DNA of 64,000 bases from Bdellovibrionota bacterium (GTDB taxonomy: Bacteria > Bdellovibrionota_C > UBA2361 > CALJRW01): the NCBI GenBank assembly GCA_041740355.1, contig JBGSMD010000051.1, positions 1 through 64,000 on the forward strand. Reading direction: 5' to 3'. Shown in pieces: positions 8,189-18,284 of this stretch (positions are counted from its first letter, which is position 1; the number at the start of each line of letters is the position of its first letter). The notes beneath the pieces were generated by a model, which ran no database searches, was not told the origin of the DNA, and saw nothing but the letters and a program-made list of their open reading frames with translations. The position numbers and the translations under genes are program-made.

Positions 8189-11100
8189 ATGCATACAAAA
8201 ATTATTATTATTTTTCTTTCGATAGTTTTATCTATAAATTCCTCATTCGCAATTAGTGATCCCGAGCTCCTGCTCAACTTCAATACATACCCCGTTGATG
8301 CGAGTAATGAAGCAATTGCTTATGGGAATAAAATTATTTTAGAATATAATCAACTGAGCACTGGTACGGAAATAGGGATCTTAACGTCGCCCGACTCTCA
8401 ACCAACTTTATTAAAAGATATTAATCCTGGAAGCGGATCATCTTCTCCTAATAATTTCTTTGAAGCTTTTGGATTAATATTCTTTTCCGCTAATGATGGT
8501 GTTAATGGCAGAGAGCTCTGGGTTACAAATGGTACAGCAAGTGGTACAAAATTATTTAAAGATATCAATCTGGGAGAAAGTAGCTCTAGTCCTTCTTCTT
8601 TCACTCTTTTTGATTCTGGAAATGCCTTGGCCTTTGTTGCTAATGCCGGAAATGGTAATGAGCTATGCTCGACAGATAATGAAACAATTACCTGTTATGA
8701 CATTAATGTAGGTAATAGTTCTTCTAGCCCTCAGAGTATAATTGAGTTTGAGGGCGTGCTTTATTTTAGTGCAAATAATGGAACAAATGGCCGTGAGCTT
8801 TGGACATTAAAACCAGGGCTTGTACCGACACTTGTGATAGATATCAATCCTGGAAATGTTGGGTCTAACCCAGGAAATTTGACCACGTTACCAGGGAAAG
8901 GATTTGTCTTTAGTGCTAGTAATGGTTCAGATGGAACAGAGCTCTGGTTTAGCGAAGGCTCTGACTCTGATACCGAACAAATTAAAAATATCAATTCAGG
9001 CAGCACTTCTTCATTTCCTGAAAACTTTGTCCCGATAAACGGAGGTGTGATTTTTAGCGCTGGGGACGCTGATGGTTCCGAGTTGTGGATTTCTGATTTA
9101 TCCGATTCTGGGACTAAACAAATTGCCGATATTAATAGTGGACCTGACGGTTCTAGTATCGAGGAAATCACAGCCCTAAATAGCAACGAAGTATTATTTA
9201 GTGCTGATGATGGAATAAATGGTAAGGAACTTTGGAAAAGTGATGGAAGCTCTGCAAGTCTTGTAAAAGATTTAGCTCCAGGTAGCCAAGGTAGTTTCCC
9301 TTACTTTCTGACTTTAAATAATGATAAAGTCTTCTTTGTTAACTATAACGTGAATACAGGAGAAGAACTTTATGTTTCAGATGGGACCACTTCGGGGACT
9401 CAAATCGTAGTGGATCAGTTTCCTGATAGCTACTCAACTTACCCTTTTAATTTTATGACTTACCAAGGGAAGTTAGCTTTTCTTGGGTCTGCGCCTGAAT
9501 CTCAACAACTTTTCTTTTTAAATAGTGTGGGAACAGCAATTGAGTCAAAAGTAAGTCTTACTGGAGCGGGAGACAGGTCTTCAACTCCAGAATCACTTCA
9601 TCCAATTTCAGATAATTCAATTTTATTAAAAATCACAAATAACCTATTTGATAATGAACCTCACATTCTTAATGTTAATACTGGTACTATAAGTTTAATT
9701 AAAGACATCAATCCAGGAGCTGATGAATCAGATCCTTACTTTATCGGAACGAAAAATGGTAAATCACTTTTTGGCGCTAATACTGTAAGTGAAGGCTTCG
9801 AATTATGGATAACGGATGGAACTAACGCCGGGACAAGTCTCCTAAAAGATATTAACCCGGGTCCATCGCACTCGTATCCTAGTGCACTTAATGTAGACTT
9901 AGGGGATGGTTATTTATATTTTCGGGCTACATCTGCTGACCTAGGACAGGAACTTTGGCGTACTGATGGCACAACTGCGGGTACAACTTTAGTAAAAGAT
10001 ATTAATCCTGGAACTTCCAATAGTGATGTTGGGCTGAATGCAGTTTTAGCATTTGGCAAAATAATCTTTAGTGCAACTACGGATTCGAATGGCAGAGAGT
10101 TATGGGAAAGTGACGGTACAACTGTCGGTACAAAAATAATTCGAGACATTAACGGTGCTTCGAGCTCTAATCCTTCTGGCTTGTATCTACATGATGGATT
10201 AGTCTTTTTTGCTGCGACAGGAGATGGTGCTTTAGGTCAAGAGTTGTATCGAACTGATGGAACTTCTGATGGAACGATTCTTGTTAAGGATATTAGACCT
10301 GGATCGTTGAGTTCCTCTCCACTTCGGTTTGTTACATTTCAAAATAAGTTATTTTTTGTAGCTAAGTCTGAGATTAATACAAATTCTTTGTTTAGTATTT
10401 CAGCACCTTATGGTAGCGACCAGGTAAGCCTCGTTAAGTCCCCAGATCCAGACAATATTAGCAATCAGATTTTCGACATTGTACAAATCAATAATAAACT
10501 TATTTTTAGTGCAACTACCCCTGAAGAAGGTATGGAACTCTGGGAATCTGATGGTACAACATCCGGCACCAAAGTTCTAAAAATTATTTATCCTGGACCA
10601 GATAGTGGTGGCCCAAGTTTCTTAACTCAAATTGAGAACTACCAATATTTTAGAGCAACTGATGCTGCACATGGTACAGAATTGTGGAGAACGGATGGAA
10701 CAGCAGCGGGCACAACTTTAGTGGCTGACATTTATCCTGGAGAGGAATCTAGCACTCCATTTGATGGACTGAATCATCGAGGAGTTTATTACTTTCGGGC
10801 CTTCTCGCCAGATATTGGCTCAGAACTCTGGCAGATAAAATATGATAGTTGCCCAGATGATGCGAGTAAGAAGGACGTTGGTGCATGCGGTTGCGGAGTG
10901 CCGGATACTGATAGTGATGGTGATGGTATCGCTGATTGTTATGATAGTTGCACGGATGATTCAAACAAGAAGGATGTTGGTGTCTGCGGTTGTGGAGTGC
11001 CGGATACAGATAGTGATGGCGATGGTGTCGCTGATTGTATCGACAGTTGTTCTTCAGATATTGCCAAATCTGCTCCAGGTCTCTGTGGCTGTGGAGTGAT

Positions 11101-11467
11101 AGAAACTGATACTAATTTAAACGGAACGCCGGAATGTTTTATTTCTGGGGAACTTCCACTCGTTGCAGATCAATTTGTTAAATCAACCAAGAAGTTGAAA
11201 GTTGCACCTCCCAAAAATAAGAAGCAAGCTAAGCAAGCAAAAGCTGCTAAAAAAGCTGCAAAAACTGCGTATCAACAGTACATGGCTTTCTTGAATTCCG
11301 AGTTCATTGACATTAGTAGTAAACCTAAAAAGTTTAAGAAGAAATACAAAGTTGCCAAGACTCAGCTGAAGCGATTAGGAAAACTGGCTTTTGTTAATCC
11401 ATCAGCTAATAGTAAACGAGCTGCTATAAAGGCATCCAAGAAACTTGCAAAAATGTTGAGGTCTTAA
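8189..11467 (+). CDS. ELWxxDGT-repeat surface protein with TSP3-like Cys/Asp repeats and basic C-terminal domain
   Basis: More than 10 ELW(R/I/E)(T/S)DGT...KDINPG repeats; CGCGVPDTDSDGDG repeats; signal peptide. Confidence 0.92.
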   Translation: MHTKIIIIFLSIVLSINSSFAISDPELLLNFNTYPVDASNEAIAYGNKIILEYNQLSTGTEIGILTSPDSQPTLLKDINPGSGSSSPNNFFEAFGLIFFSANDGVNGRELWVTNGTASGTKLFKDINLGESSSSPSSFTLFDSGNALAFVANAGNGNELCSTDNETITCYDINVGNSSSSPQSIIEFEGVLYFSANNGTNGRELWTLKPGLVPTLVIDINPGNVGSNPGNLTTLPGKGFVFSASNGSDGTELWFSEGSDSDTEQIKNINSGSTSSFPENFVPINGGVIFSAGDADGSELWISDLSDSGTKQIADINSGPDGSSIEEITALNSNEVLFSADDGINGKELWKSDGSSASLVKDLAPGSQGSFPYFLTLNNDKVFFVNYNVNTGEELYVSDGTTSGTQIVVDQFPDSYSTYPFNFMTYQGKLAFLGSAPESQQLFFLNSVGTAIESKVSLTGAGDRSSTPESLHPISDNSILLKITNNLFDNEPHILNVNTGTISLIKDINPGADESDPYFIGTKNGKSLFGANTVSEGFELWITDGTNAGTSLLKDINPGPSHSYPSALNVDLGDGYLYFRATSADLGQELWRTDGTTAGTTLVKDINPGTSNSDVGLNAVLAFGKIIFSATTDSNGRELWESDGTTVGTKIIRDINGASSSNPSGLYLHDGLVFFAATGDGALGQELYRTDGTSDGTILVKDIRPGSLSSSPLRFVTFQNKLFFVAKSEINTNSLFSISAPYGSDQVSLVKSPDPDNISNQIFDIVQINNKLIFSATTPEEGMELWESDGTTSGTKVLKIIYPGPDSGGPSFLTQIENYQYFRATDAAHGTELWRTDGTAAGTTLVADIYPGEESSTPFDGLNHRGVYYFRAFSPDIGSELWQIKYDSCPDDASKKDVGACGCGVPDTDSDGDGIADCYDSCTDDSNKKDVGVCGCGVPDTDSDGDGVADCIDSCSSDIAKSAPGLCGCGVIETDTNLNGTPECFISGELPLVADQFVKSTKKLKVAPPKNKKQAKQAKAAKKAAKTAYQQYMAFLNSEFIDISSKPKKFKKKYKVAKTQLKRLGKLAFVNPSANSKRAAIKASKKLAKMLRS

Positions 11468-11539
11468 TCATTTTTTCGCTAAACTTTTTGATGGGGAACC
11501 TAGTGAGTGGAACAAGAGATTTTTTCTTTTTTTCTCGAG

Positions 11540-11712
11540 TTGCTATGTAGACATGATTATAGAAGGTTGCCCTTCTTCGTCTTCCGCAGTTGGTTTTAGG
11601 TTCTGCAGGTATTTCCACACTATTAGCTATTTCTATTTATTCGAATTTTAATCTTTTGATTAAGTATTCGTGAATTGGGAAAATTAGTTGTGTAAAATGT
11701 TAGGTCGCTAAA
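11540..11712 (-). pseudogene. RAYT left end plus truncated 5' coding remnant
   Basis: Left-end sequence as at 4190 and 14061; start ATG mutated to ATA; EIANSVEIPAEPKTNCGRRRRATFYNHVY, then homology breaks. Confidence 0.75.
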
Positions 11713-11971
11713 GAAAAAAAATTATGATGCATTACTGAGTGTAACCTTAATTTCTCTTTGATCTAACTCATAAACACCGTGGGGTCCATGGGGATCAAGA
11801 GCTTGGCACTAGGTAAAAACCTCAGAATTACACATTACAAAAACAATTGTTTCTGCTAATCTAATATCCTCCTCAATGATTTTTGCAAAAATACTAAAAT
11901 TCTGGGTAGAATTACATAGTAAAAAATTAGGCTAAGTGTATAAATTATTTTACTTTGTTTTTTGACCTACC

Positions 11972-14044
11972 ATGAATCTATTAAATAATTCAACCGGACA
12001 GCGAAACTCTAAAATATTTAAATATCACTATCCAAAACAAACTTCGTCCTACTGCAATCCTTTTATATTCATCGCTGCACTATTCCTATTTTCATCAGTT
12101 ACATATTCAACCTCATATGCAGAAACAACGAGTCGTACCTTACGGGCAGATCAATCACTTTCGATAAAATCACATCGTTGCAATCTAAAAATCCGATCAC
12201 GTTCAGATTCTCGTGTTGTCGTGATCTGCTCCAAAGAAATTGAAAATAAATTTCAAGTCCGACCAACAAAGGCTTCTTATCTGACCCCAAAACAAAAGGC
12301 TATCATCAAAGCACGAGCATGTAATCTAGAAGTAGTTCGAGAAGCTAAAGGCTTAGTCCGTTTAAAATGTAATATTCCAACTTCTCCTACTCCGACACCA
12401 ACACCGGTACCACCTATTCCAACCCCGACACCAACACCGTTACCACCTACTCCATCACCTACTCCATCACCTACTCCAGTTTCTGATTATACAGTTGGTG
12501 GAACAGTAAGTGGACTTACGGGAACTGTCACAATACAAAATAATAGTTCAGACAATTTGGCAATCTCCAGCGATGGGAGTTTTACTTTCGCCACTACATA
12601 AGAAGAAGGATCTACTTACAATGTAAGCGTACTCACTCAACCGGCAAACCAAACCTGTACAGTGAGTAATGGTTCGGGCATTCTGAGTGGAGGGAACATC
12701 AATAATGTAAATGTCGATTGTTCAACTAACCTATTCATTGTAAATGCTTCCGCTGGAAGTAATGGATCAATTAGTCCAAGTGGACCACAGTTTGCAAGTT
12801 CGGGCTGTTCGATAACCTTCACCGCCACACCAGATTCTGGTTACGGAGTAAATGAGTGGCGAGTAGATGGAAACCTGGTGCAAGCAGGCGGTGCTAGTTA
12901 TCAACTTAATAACATTACGAGCGATCAAACAGTCAGTGTATCATTTGGATCATTTTCAATCAGTTCTTCGGTCTCAACACTCGATCTTGCAATCAACTGT
13001 CTACCTTCTTCTAGTTGTGCAACTACTCAGAATGCGGCACTAACTGGAACTCCAAGACAGATTGTCATTACTAATACTGGCTCTCTAAGTGTTACAAATT
13101 TATCGGTCACACCTTCAGGTTTACCTACAGGAACTACCATCAGTAACAATACTTGCACGGGAACTCTTGCTCCTAGCAGCTCTTGCTTAATCACTTTAAC
13201 TCCGGGCGATATCGCATCCGGTGATTTCGATGATAACCCTTGTACTGTGGGCACAGCACCGATTCCTGATACTGTTTTAGTTTCAGCAGATGGTGATCTA
13301 TTCAATGTGATCGTTATTAAGGTTTTAGGTTATGGCTGTCAGCATCAAGGCGGATTTATTTATGCTATCGACGATACCACTCCTAATACTGGAAGCATAA
13401 GTGGAAAAGTAGCATCGCTAGTTGACCAAGCAGCGCCAGTTGGCGGTGTTACTAGTATTGTTTGGAGCTCAAGTGGCGTATCAGAAATCTCCCCAAATTC
13501 CACTGCCATCCTAGGAGTTGATGAGCTTTCAACTTCTTCAGTTCCATCTCCAACCTCTCCGGCATATCCAGTTGGAACTCCTGCCTATACAGCATGTAAC
13601 GGCAGTTCAGATGGATTATGTAATTGGAGCAATATTATTAGCTACTATAATTTTAATCGCGAAGCCGGAGGAAGTGCTCCTACTCCACTTAATTTTTATG
13701 CCGCAGGATTGTGTGCCGCAACAATTAGTTCTTACTCTGATTGGTATTTGCCTGCTACTTGCGAAATGGATGCAGTTAGCGGTGGAATCACTTGCCCCGC
13801 CGATACACAAAGCATGATCAGTAATATTAGTTTCTTGATCGGAGACAGTATCAGTGGAACTCCAAGTACTTCATGCTCACCACCTAGTGGCACTGATTGT
13901 CTTGCCGGGAACTACTGGAGCTCTACAGAGTTCAGCGGATCTCCTATGGTATTTGCGTGGTCCCAATTATTTGATGTTTCAAGCTCTAGGAACGCTTTCG
14001 CGAAAGGAACTCTATCAGGAGTACGATGTTCTCGAAATTTTTAA
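11972..14044 (+). pseudogene. Secreted DUF1566-like (Legionella-type) Ig-repeat protein interrupted by one in-frame TAA at 12599-12601
   Basis: The two ORFs share a frame: FTFATT*EEGSTYNVSVLTQPANQTCTVSNGSG. Pro/Thr linker; C-terminal YWSSTE...AWSQLF...VRCSRNF. Confidence 0.8.
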
Positions 14045-14060
14045 TTGAATTTCTTTCCCC

Positions 14061-15330
14061 TTGAGCCACGCCAAAATTTTACACAACTAATTGTCTTTTT
14101 TGTCGAATAATTAATCAACAGATTAAACTTTCGATAAATGGAAATAACAGATAATACAGAACTGCAGTCAGAACCTGAATTTAAAAAGAAATGTGGAAGA
14201 CTAAGACGTGCCATCTTTCACAATCATGTCTATATGCTAACTACCAGCGTAGAAAGTGGCATCATGCTTCCAGCTAATCCCCTAGTTAAATATATAATAA
14301 CTTCTGCACTACTAAAAGCACAGCTCCATCACCAAATAAAAATAAGCCATCTTCTGGTTAATGCCACCCATATTCACTTTCTAGTCAGAGTGATTAACCC
14401 ACAAGATATCCCAGACTTTATAGAACGATTTAAGACAGAATCAGCACATTACTTAAATAGATTACTAGGAAGAAAGAAAAGAACTATTTGGTGTGACAGG
14501 TATGACATGTCAGCAGCACTGGAAGTATCAGATGCTATAGATAGAATTATCTACATTTATACTAATCCAGTAAAAGATGGCTTAGTCTCTAGTATAGATT
14601 TATACCCAGGACTAAGTAGTTGGAATAGATTTAATTCTAGTAAGAGTTACCTTAAGGGAAGTCTTATTTCAAGACGTGATATTATGAAAGTTGAACAAGT
14701 AGCAAGTGAAGAACATTTTGAACGAGCAAGAAAAGAGCTAGCAGTGAAGAAAAGACTTAGGACTCTAGTAATTGATCCTAATGACTGGATGAAAGCTTTT
14801 AAAATTACTAATAAAGATGAAATAGAAGAAATCAATAAAACTATCAAAGAAGGTATTATTGAAAGATCTAAAGTAATTCAAGAGAGGAGACTTGAGGCTG
14901 GTAAAAAGCAATTTCTAGGATCTCATAAGTTAAGAAATCAGGAGATTAACTTAGAATATCAATCTAACAGATCAGGCAGAAAGATGTGGTGTTATTGCAA
15001 GAATATTGAACGTAGAAAACGATATATTTCTTGGGTTAAGGAATTAGCAGCAGAAGCTAGAGAAGTTTACAGAGCGTGGCAGAATGGCGATACAAAAAAA
15101 CAGATGCCAATTGGAATGTTTGCACCAAGGATGCCAGTACAGGGGAATTTAATTTTTTGTTAGAAATACATTATCAGCTTTTTCTAGTCTGGGACTGGGG
15201 TACGTTCGTGTTGCCCAGGATCTTAAGTAAATATTAATAATTACTATAGTTGGATAAGAAGACTAGCAGATTTATATTGCTTGTTAGATCAATTTGAAGC
15301 AAAAAAATAGTGGGCTGGCTCAAGCTGAAA
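14061..15330 (+). mobile_element. RAYT element copy 1 with inverted TTGAGCCA/TGGCTCAAG ends
   Basis: Flanks conserved with copy 2 (22038-23306); similarity ends at these motifs. Confidence 0.75.
14138..15163 (+). CDS. REP-associated tyrosine (Y1 HUH) transposase, RAYT-like
   Basis: HUH motif THIH; YIYTNPVKDGLV...YPGLSSW (RAYT Y-x3-NPV-x-GLV...SS signature); C-terminal extension. Confidence 0.85.
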   Translation: MEITDNTELQSEPEFKKKCGRLRRAIFHNHVYMLTTSVESGIMLPANPLVKYIITSALLKAQLHHQIKISHLLVNATHIHFLVRVINPQDIPDFIERFKTESAHYLNRLLGRKKRTIWCDRYDMSAALEVSDAIDRIIYIYTNPVKDGLVSSIDLYPGLSSWNRFNSSKSYLKGSLISRRDIMKVEQVASEEHFERARKELAVKKRLRTLVIDPNDWMKAFKITNKDEIEEINKTIKEGIIERSKVIQERRLEAGKKQFLGSHKLRNQEINLEYQSNRSGRKMWCYCKNIERRKRYISWVKELAAEAREVYRAWQNGDTKKQMPIGMFAPRMPVQGNLIFC

Positions 15331-15332
15331 GT

Positions 15333-15556
15333 AATTGGGATGTTTGCTCCAAGGATGCCAGTGCAGGGTAATTTAATTTTTTGTTAGAAATTTATTATCA
15401 GCTTTTTCTAGTCTGGGACTGGGGTACGTTCGTGCTGTCTATAATTTAGATCGAATATTAATAATTACTATAATTGGATAAGAATACTAGCAGATTTCTA
15501 TTGTTAGTTAGATCGATTGTAATCAAAAAAAATCGTTGGTTGGCTCAAGCTGAAAA
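15333..15556 (+). repeat. 3' remnant of another RAYT paralogue (last 17 codons plus right end)
   Basis: IGMFAPRMPVQGNLIFC* followed by the trailer to GGCTCAAGCTGAAAA; 4 synonymous differences from copy 1. Confidence 0.85.
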
Positions 15557-15649
15557 GTCACAGGGTAAAGTCGGGATGTTGTTACTCGATAATAGACAAG
15601 ATTAGGAGGCAAGACCTGATAATCTTTAACTATTCGACTAATCAAGATT

Positions 15650-15728
15650 TTTCCCCTTCTCCTCGTGCCAGCCACCTTTTTTTCACTTCAGCGACAACCT
15701 CAATAAATAGTTGGCTGGATCAAGAAAA
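15650..15728. repeat. Degenerate RAYT-end doublet
   Basis: TCGTGCCAGCCACC ... AAATAGTTGGCTGGATCAAGAAAA resembles left and right ends. Confidence 0.5.
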
Positions 15729-15793
15729 TAAAACAGACGAATGTATAGCTTAGCTATGTACTTTTATAGCCAAAAACACTTGGTTCGTATGTA

Positions 15794-18136
15794 CTAGATA
15801 GTTTCAAAAATTAACTTCTCCACCGCCTTTTTCGCTTGTTTCTTAGCCTGATTAAATTCCGATAAACTTGCCTCTCTCAGTTTGCTAATTTTACGTTTTG
15901 CGCTTAAAGCTAATTTTTGTGCGGTGTTACCAGAAGTTACAATTTGTTCATTGTTATTTTTAGCATACTCTACCACTTGGTTAGCAAGTTTTTTTAGTTC
16001 AATGCTACGTTTGTTTTGTTTGTTCGCAGCTAAAAAACCAGGAGCTTTAAAACGATTCACTTTAAAACCTAATCCTTCGGCTAGCTCATCTAACTCAGCG
16101 CCAAATAAACAATCAGTAATAGCATTAGTATTTTCATCAAGATCCGCTATGCCACATCCACATACACCAGGCACTAACTTACTAGAATCAGTTAGACATT
16201 CATCCTTGGATTCCAATGCACCAATATCACAAAGACTGCTGCCATTCTGATCACCATCAAAAGGTCGCGATTCACCGCGTTGATCTACAAGCGGGCAGTT
16301 CAAAGTCGAACCATTATCTATTGCTGGACTACCAAGAAGTAGCGCATGAGTATGGGTTGCGCCGCCATTATCAGCAAGTGATGCAAGTAAGGGGCTAGCA
16401 TTAGAATCCGATGGCTCAGCAAATCCACATGTTCCAGAAGTCTCAATATTATTTCCAAGTGATACGAAACTTCCCAATCCATCATCTTCACATGCTAATC
16501 CCGTTGAATTATCGATAATCGAATTGCGAATACTCACTACTACCCCCTCAGAATAAAATTCGCTAGCTCCGACAAAAGAATAATTTTCTGTTAGAGTTGA
16601 ATCAAGAATACTAACATTCCCTTTACTATAAATATTGGAACTATTTGCTGAAGTATTATTAGAAAATGTTGTATTTTTTATGATACCAGCGCTGCTATTT
16701 AAATGGCTCAATCCACCTGTAGAGGAAGAAATTAATGCCGAGTTATTACTAATTAAAGATTGGTCAATTAGAAAAGACAGCCCCTCTAGGTACAAACCTG
16801 CAGTGCTTCCAGAATAAATTGTATTCCCACTTATATCACTGTTCAGAATTGTTACGCTTCCCAGAGTAGCAACTATATTCGCTCCTCCGCCTACACCTGA
16901 ATGAAGCACGTTATCATTAATTTCAGAATCAATTAAATTAATGTCAAGATTACCTGCTACTTGTAATCCGCCACCACTACCCCCGAAGGATGAATTCCGA
17001 TTGAATGTGGAACCTGAAATATCAATCGTACTTGAAGATAAAAAAAATGCCCCCGCGGCGCCTCCCAGAACTGCTTCATTATCATCAACTTTAACCTTAT
17101 CAATAGTTAATATTCCATTGGCGTTTGCATACAATCCACCATAGCTATAAGCTAAGTTTCCCTTAAACTCGGAATCACTAATTGTTGCACCAACCGAAGT
17201 AGAATTAAGGTACAAACCACCACCAGTAATTGCTAGGCTATCATTAACCGTAACATTCTCGACATTTATAGCTCCTGAAATTGAAGTAAGTTGCGCTGCA
17301 CCTCCAGCACCGCTATGGCCATTACATCGAAGAAAATCAGTATTAATAATACTTATTTCAGAGCCAGCTAAAAACAAACAACCTCCACCACTAGAAGAAT
17401 TAATATCAGTATACTCAGTATCACTAATACTAATTTTATTATTAACTGCAATGAAGGCACTACCGCCAGGAGCAGAAGGAACTGAGGAATTACTAAAAGT
17501 CGAACCACTAATAGTTACATCATTTGTTCCGCTCGTTGGAATGTAAAGATCCCCGCCTGGTGTCCCTGTAGAGGTATTCTCAGAAAAGACTGAATCAGTT
17601 ATTGCAGCCCCAGAAGCCGAAAAAACTGCGCTACCTTTGTTTTCTGAAACATTTAGATTATTAAGTTCTAACAAGAAAGTAGTTTGAGAATTATTAATGG
17701 CGGAGCCATAAGACGAAATTAGACCTTTTGTTAAAGTCAAATTTTGAACAGTTAATTTTTTATCTGAAACAACATCAAAAATTCGATCCAAGTTATTACC
17801 ACTGATTACCGTACCTTCACGGGATGTGCCATTAACTATAAGAGTATTCTGAATGTCCAAATCTCCTGTTGCTGCTATTTGCTCATCAATACCAGGAATT
17901 GTTATTTTAAAAGTACCTTCAGGTAAAGCAATGGTGTCAGAAGCTACAGTGAAATTTGCTTCTTGAATTGCGGCACGCAAACTGCAGTTTCCTGAAATAT
18001 CAGCGCAAGTACCATCGCCAATATTTACATCAACTGTGTCAGCTAATTCATTAACAGTAAATGACTCGGCAAAAGTCGTCGCCGAAAAGCAAAATAAACA
18101 TATCGTAGAGCAAAGGATTATTTTTATCATCTTCAT
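15794..18136 (-). CDS. CSLREA-domain / choice-of-anchor-Q beta-helix surface protein
   Basis: DGTCADISGNCSLRAAIQEAN; LADNGGATHTHALLLGSPAIDNG...DQRG...CDIGALE. Likely start MKMIKII at 18136 (ORF track starts at 18199). Confidence 0.9.
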   Translation of the reverse strand: MKMIKIILCSTICLFCFSATTFAESFTVNELADTVDVNIGDGTCADISGNCSLRAAIQEANFTVASDTIALPEGTFKITIPGIDEQIAATGDLDIQNTLIVNGTSREGTVISGNNLDRIFDVVSDKKLTVQNLTLTKGLISSYGSAINNSQTTFLLELNNLNVSENKGSAVFSASGAAITDSVFSENTSTGTPGGDLYIPTSGTNDVTISGSTFSNSSVPSAPGGSAFIAVNNKISISDTEYTDINSSSGGGCLFLAGSEISIINTDFLRCNGHSGAGGAAQLTSISGAINVENVTVNDSLAITGGGLYLNSTSVGATISDSEFKGNLAYSYGGLYANANGILTIDKVKVDDNEAVLGGAAGAFFLSSSTIDISGSTFNRNSSFGGSGGGLQVAGNLDINLIDSEINDNVLHSGVGGGANIVATLGSVTILNSDISGNTIYSGSTAGLYLEGLSFLIDQSLISNNSALISSSTGGLSHLNSSAGIIKNTTFSNNTSANSSNIYSKGNVSILDSTLTENYSFVGASEFYSEGVVVSIRNSIIDNSTGLACEDDGLGSFVSLGNNIETSGTCGFAEPSDSNASPLLASLADNGGATHTHALLLGSPAIDNGSTLNCPLVDQRGESRPFDGDQNGSSLCDIGALESKDECLTDSSKLVPGVCGCGIADLDENTNAITDCLFGAELDELAEGLGFKVNRFKAPGFLAANKQNKRSIELKKLANQVVEYAKNNNEQIVTSGNTAQKLALSAKRKISKLREASLSEFNQAKKQAKKAVEKLIFETI

Positions 18137-18231
18137 TTCAGGGAGGAGTAATATAAAATTTTGATTAGAGTAGCATGTTTTTACTTTTGCTACATACATA
18201 TATTTTCAGCTCTGGATTAGCTGATATATGT

Positions 18232-18284
18232 TTTTCGAGCCACGCTAAAATATTACAAAATAGTGGGCTGGCTCAAGCTGAAAA
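18232..18284 (+). mobile_element. Empty mini-element: RAYT left end fused to right end
   Basis: GAGCCACGCTAAAATATTACA (left) joined directly to AAATAGTGGGCTGGCTCAAGCTGAAAA (right). Confidence 0.8.

Noticed and set aside
10839-11135. About 100-bp tandem repeats
   Set aside because: They are coding TSP3-like repeats of the ELWxxDGT protein.
11424-11618. 64-aa ORF as a real gene
   Set aside because: It is a truncated RAYT 5' remnant with a mutated start that reads into unrelated sequence.
12599-12601. Programmed readthrough or alternative genetic code
   Set aside because: TAA terminates many genes in this window and no recoding signal is evident; a point mutation or error is simpler.
15113-15556. 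Tandem repeat as a CRISPR array or simple duplication
   Set aside because: There are only two units of about 220 bp with no spacers, and synonymous divergence shows a paralogue remnant.
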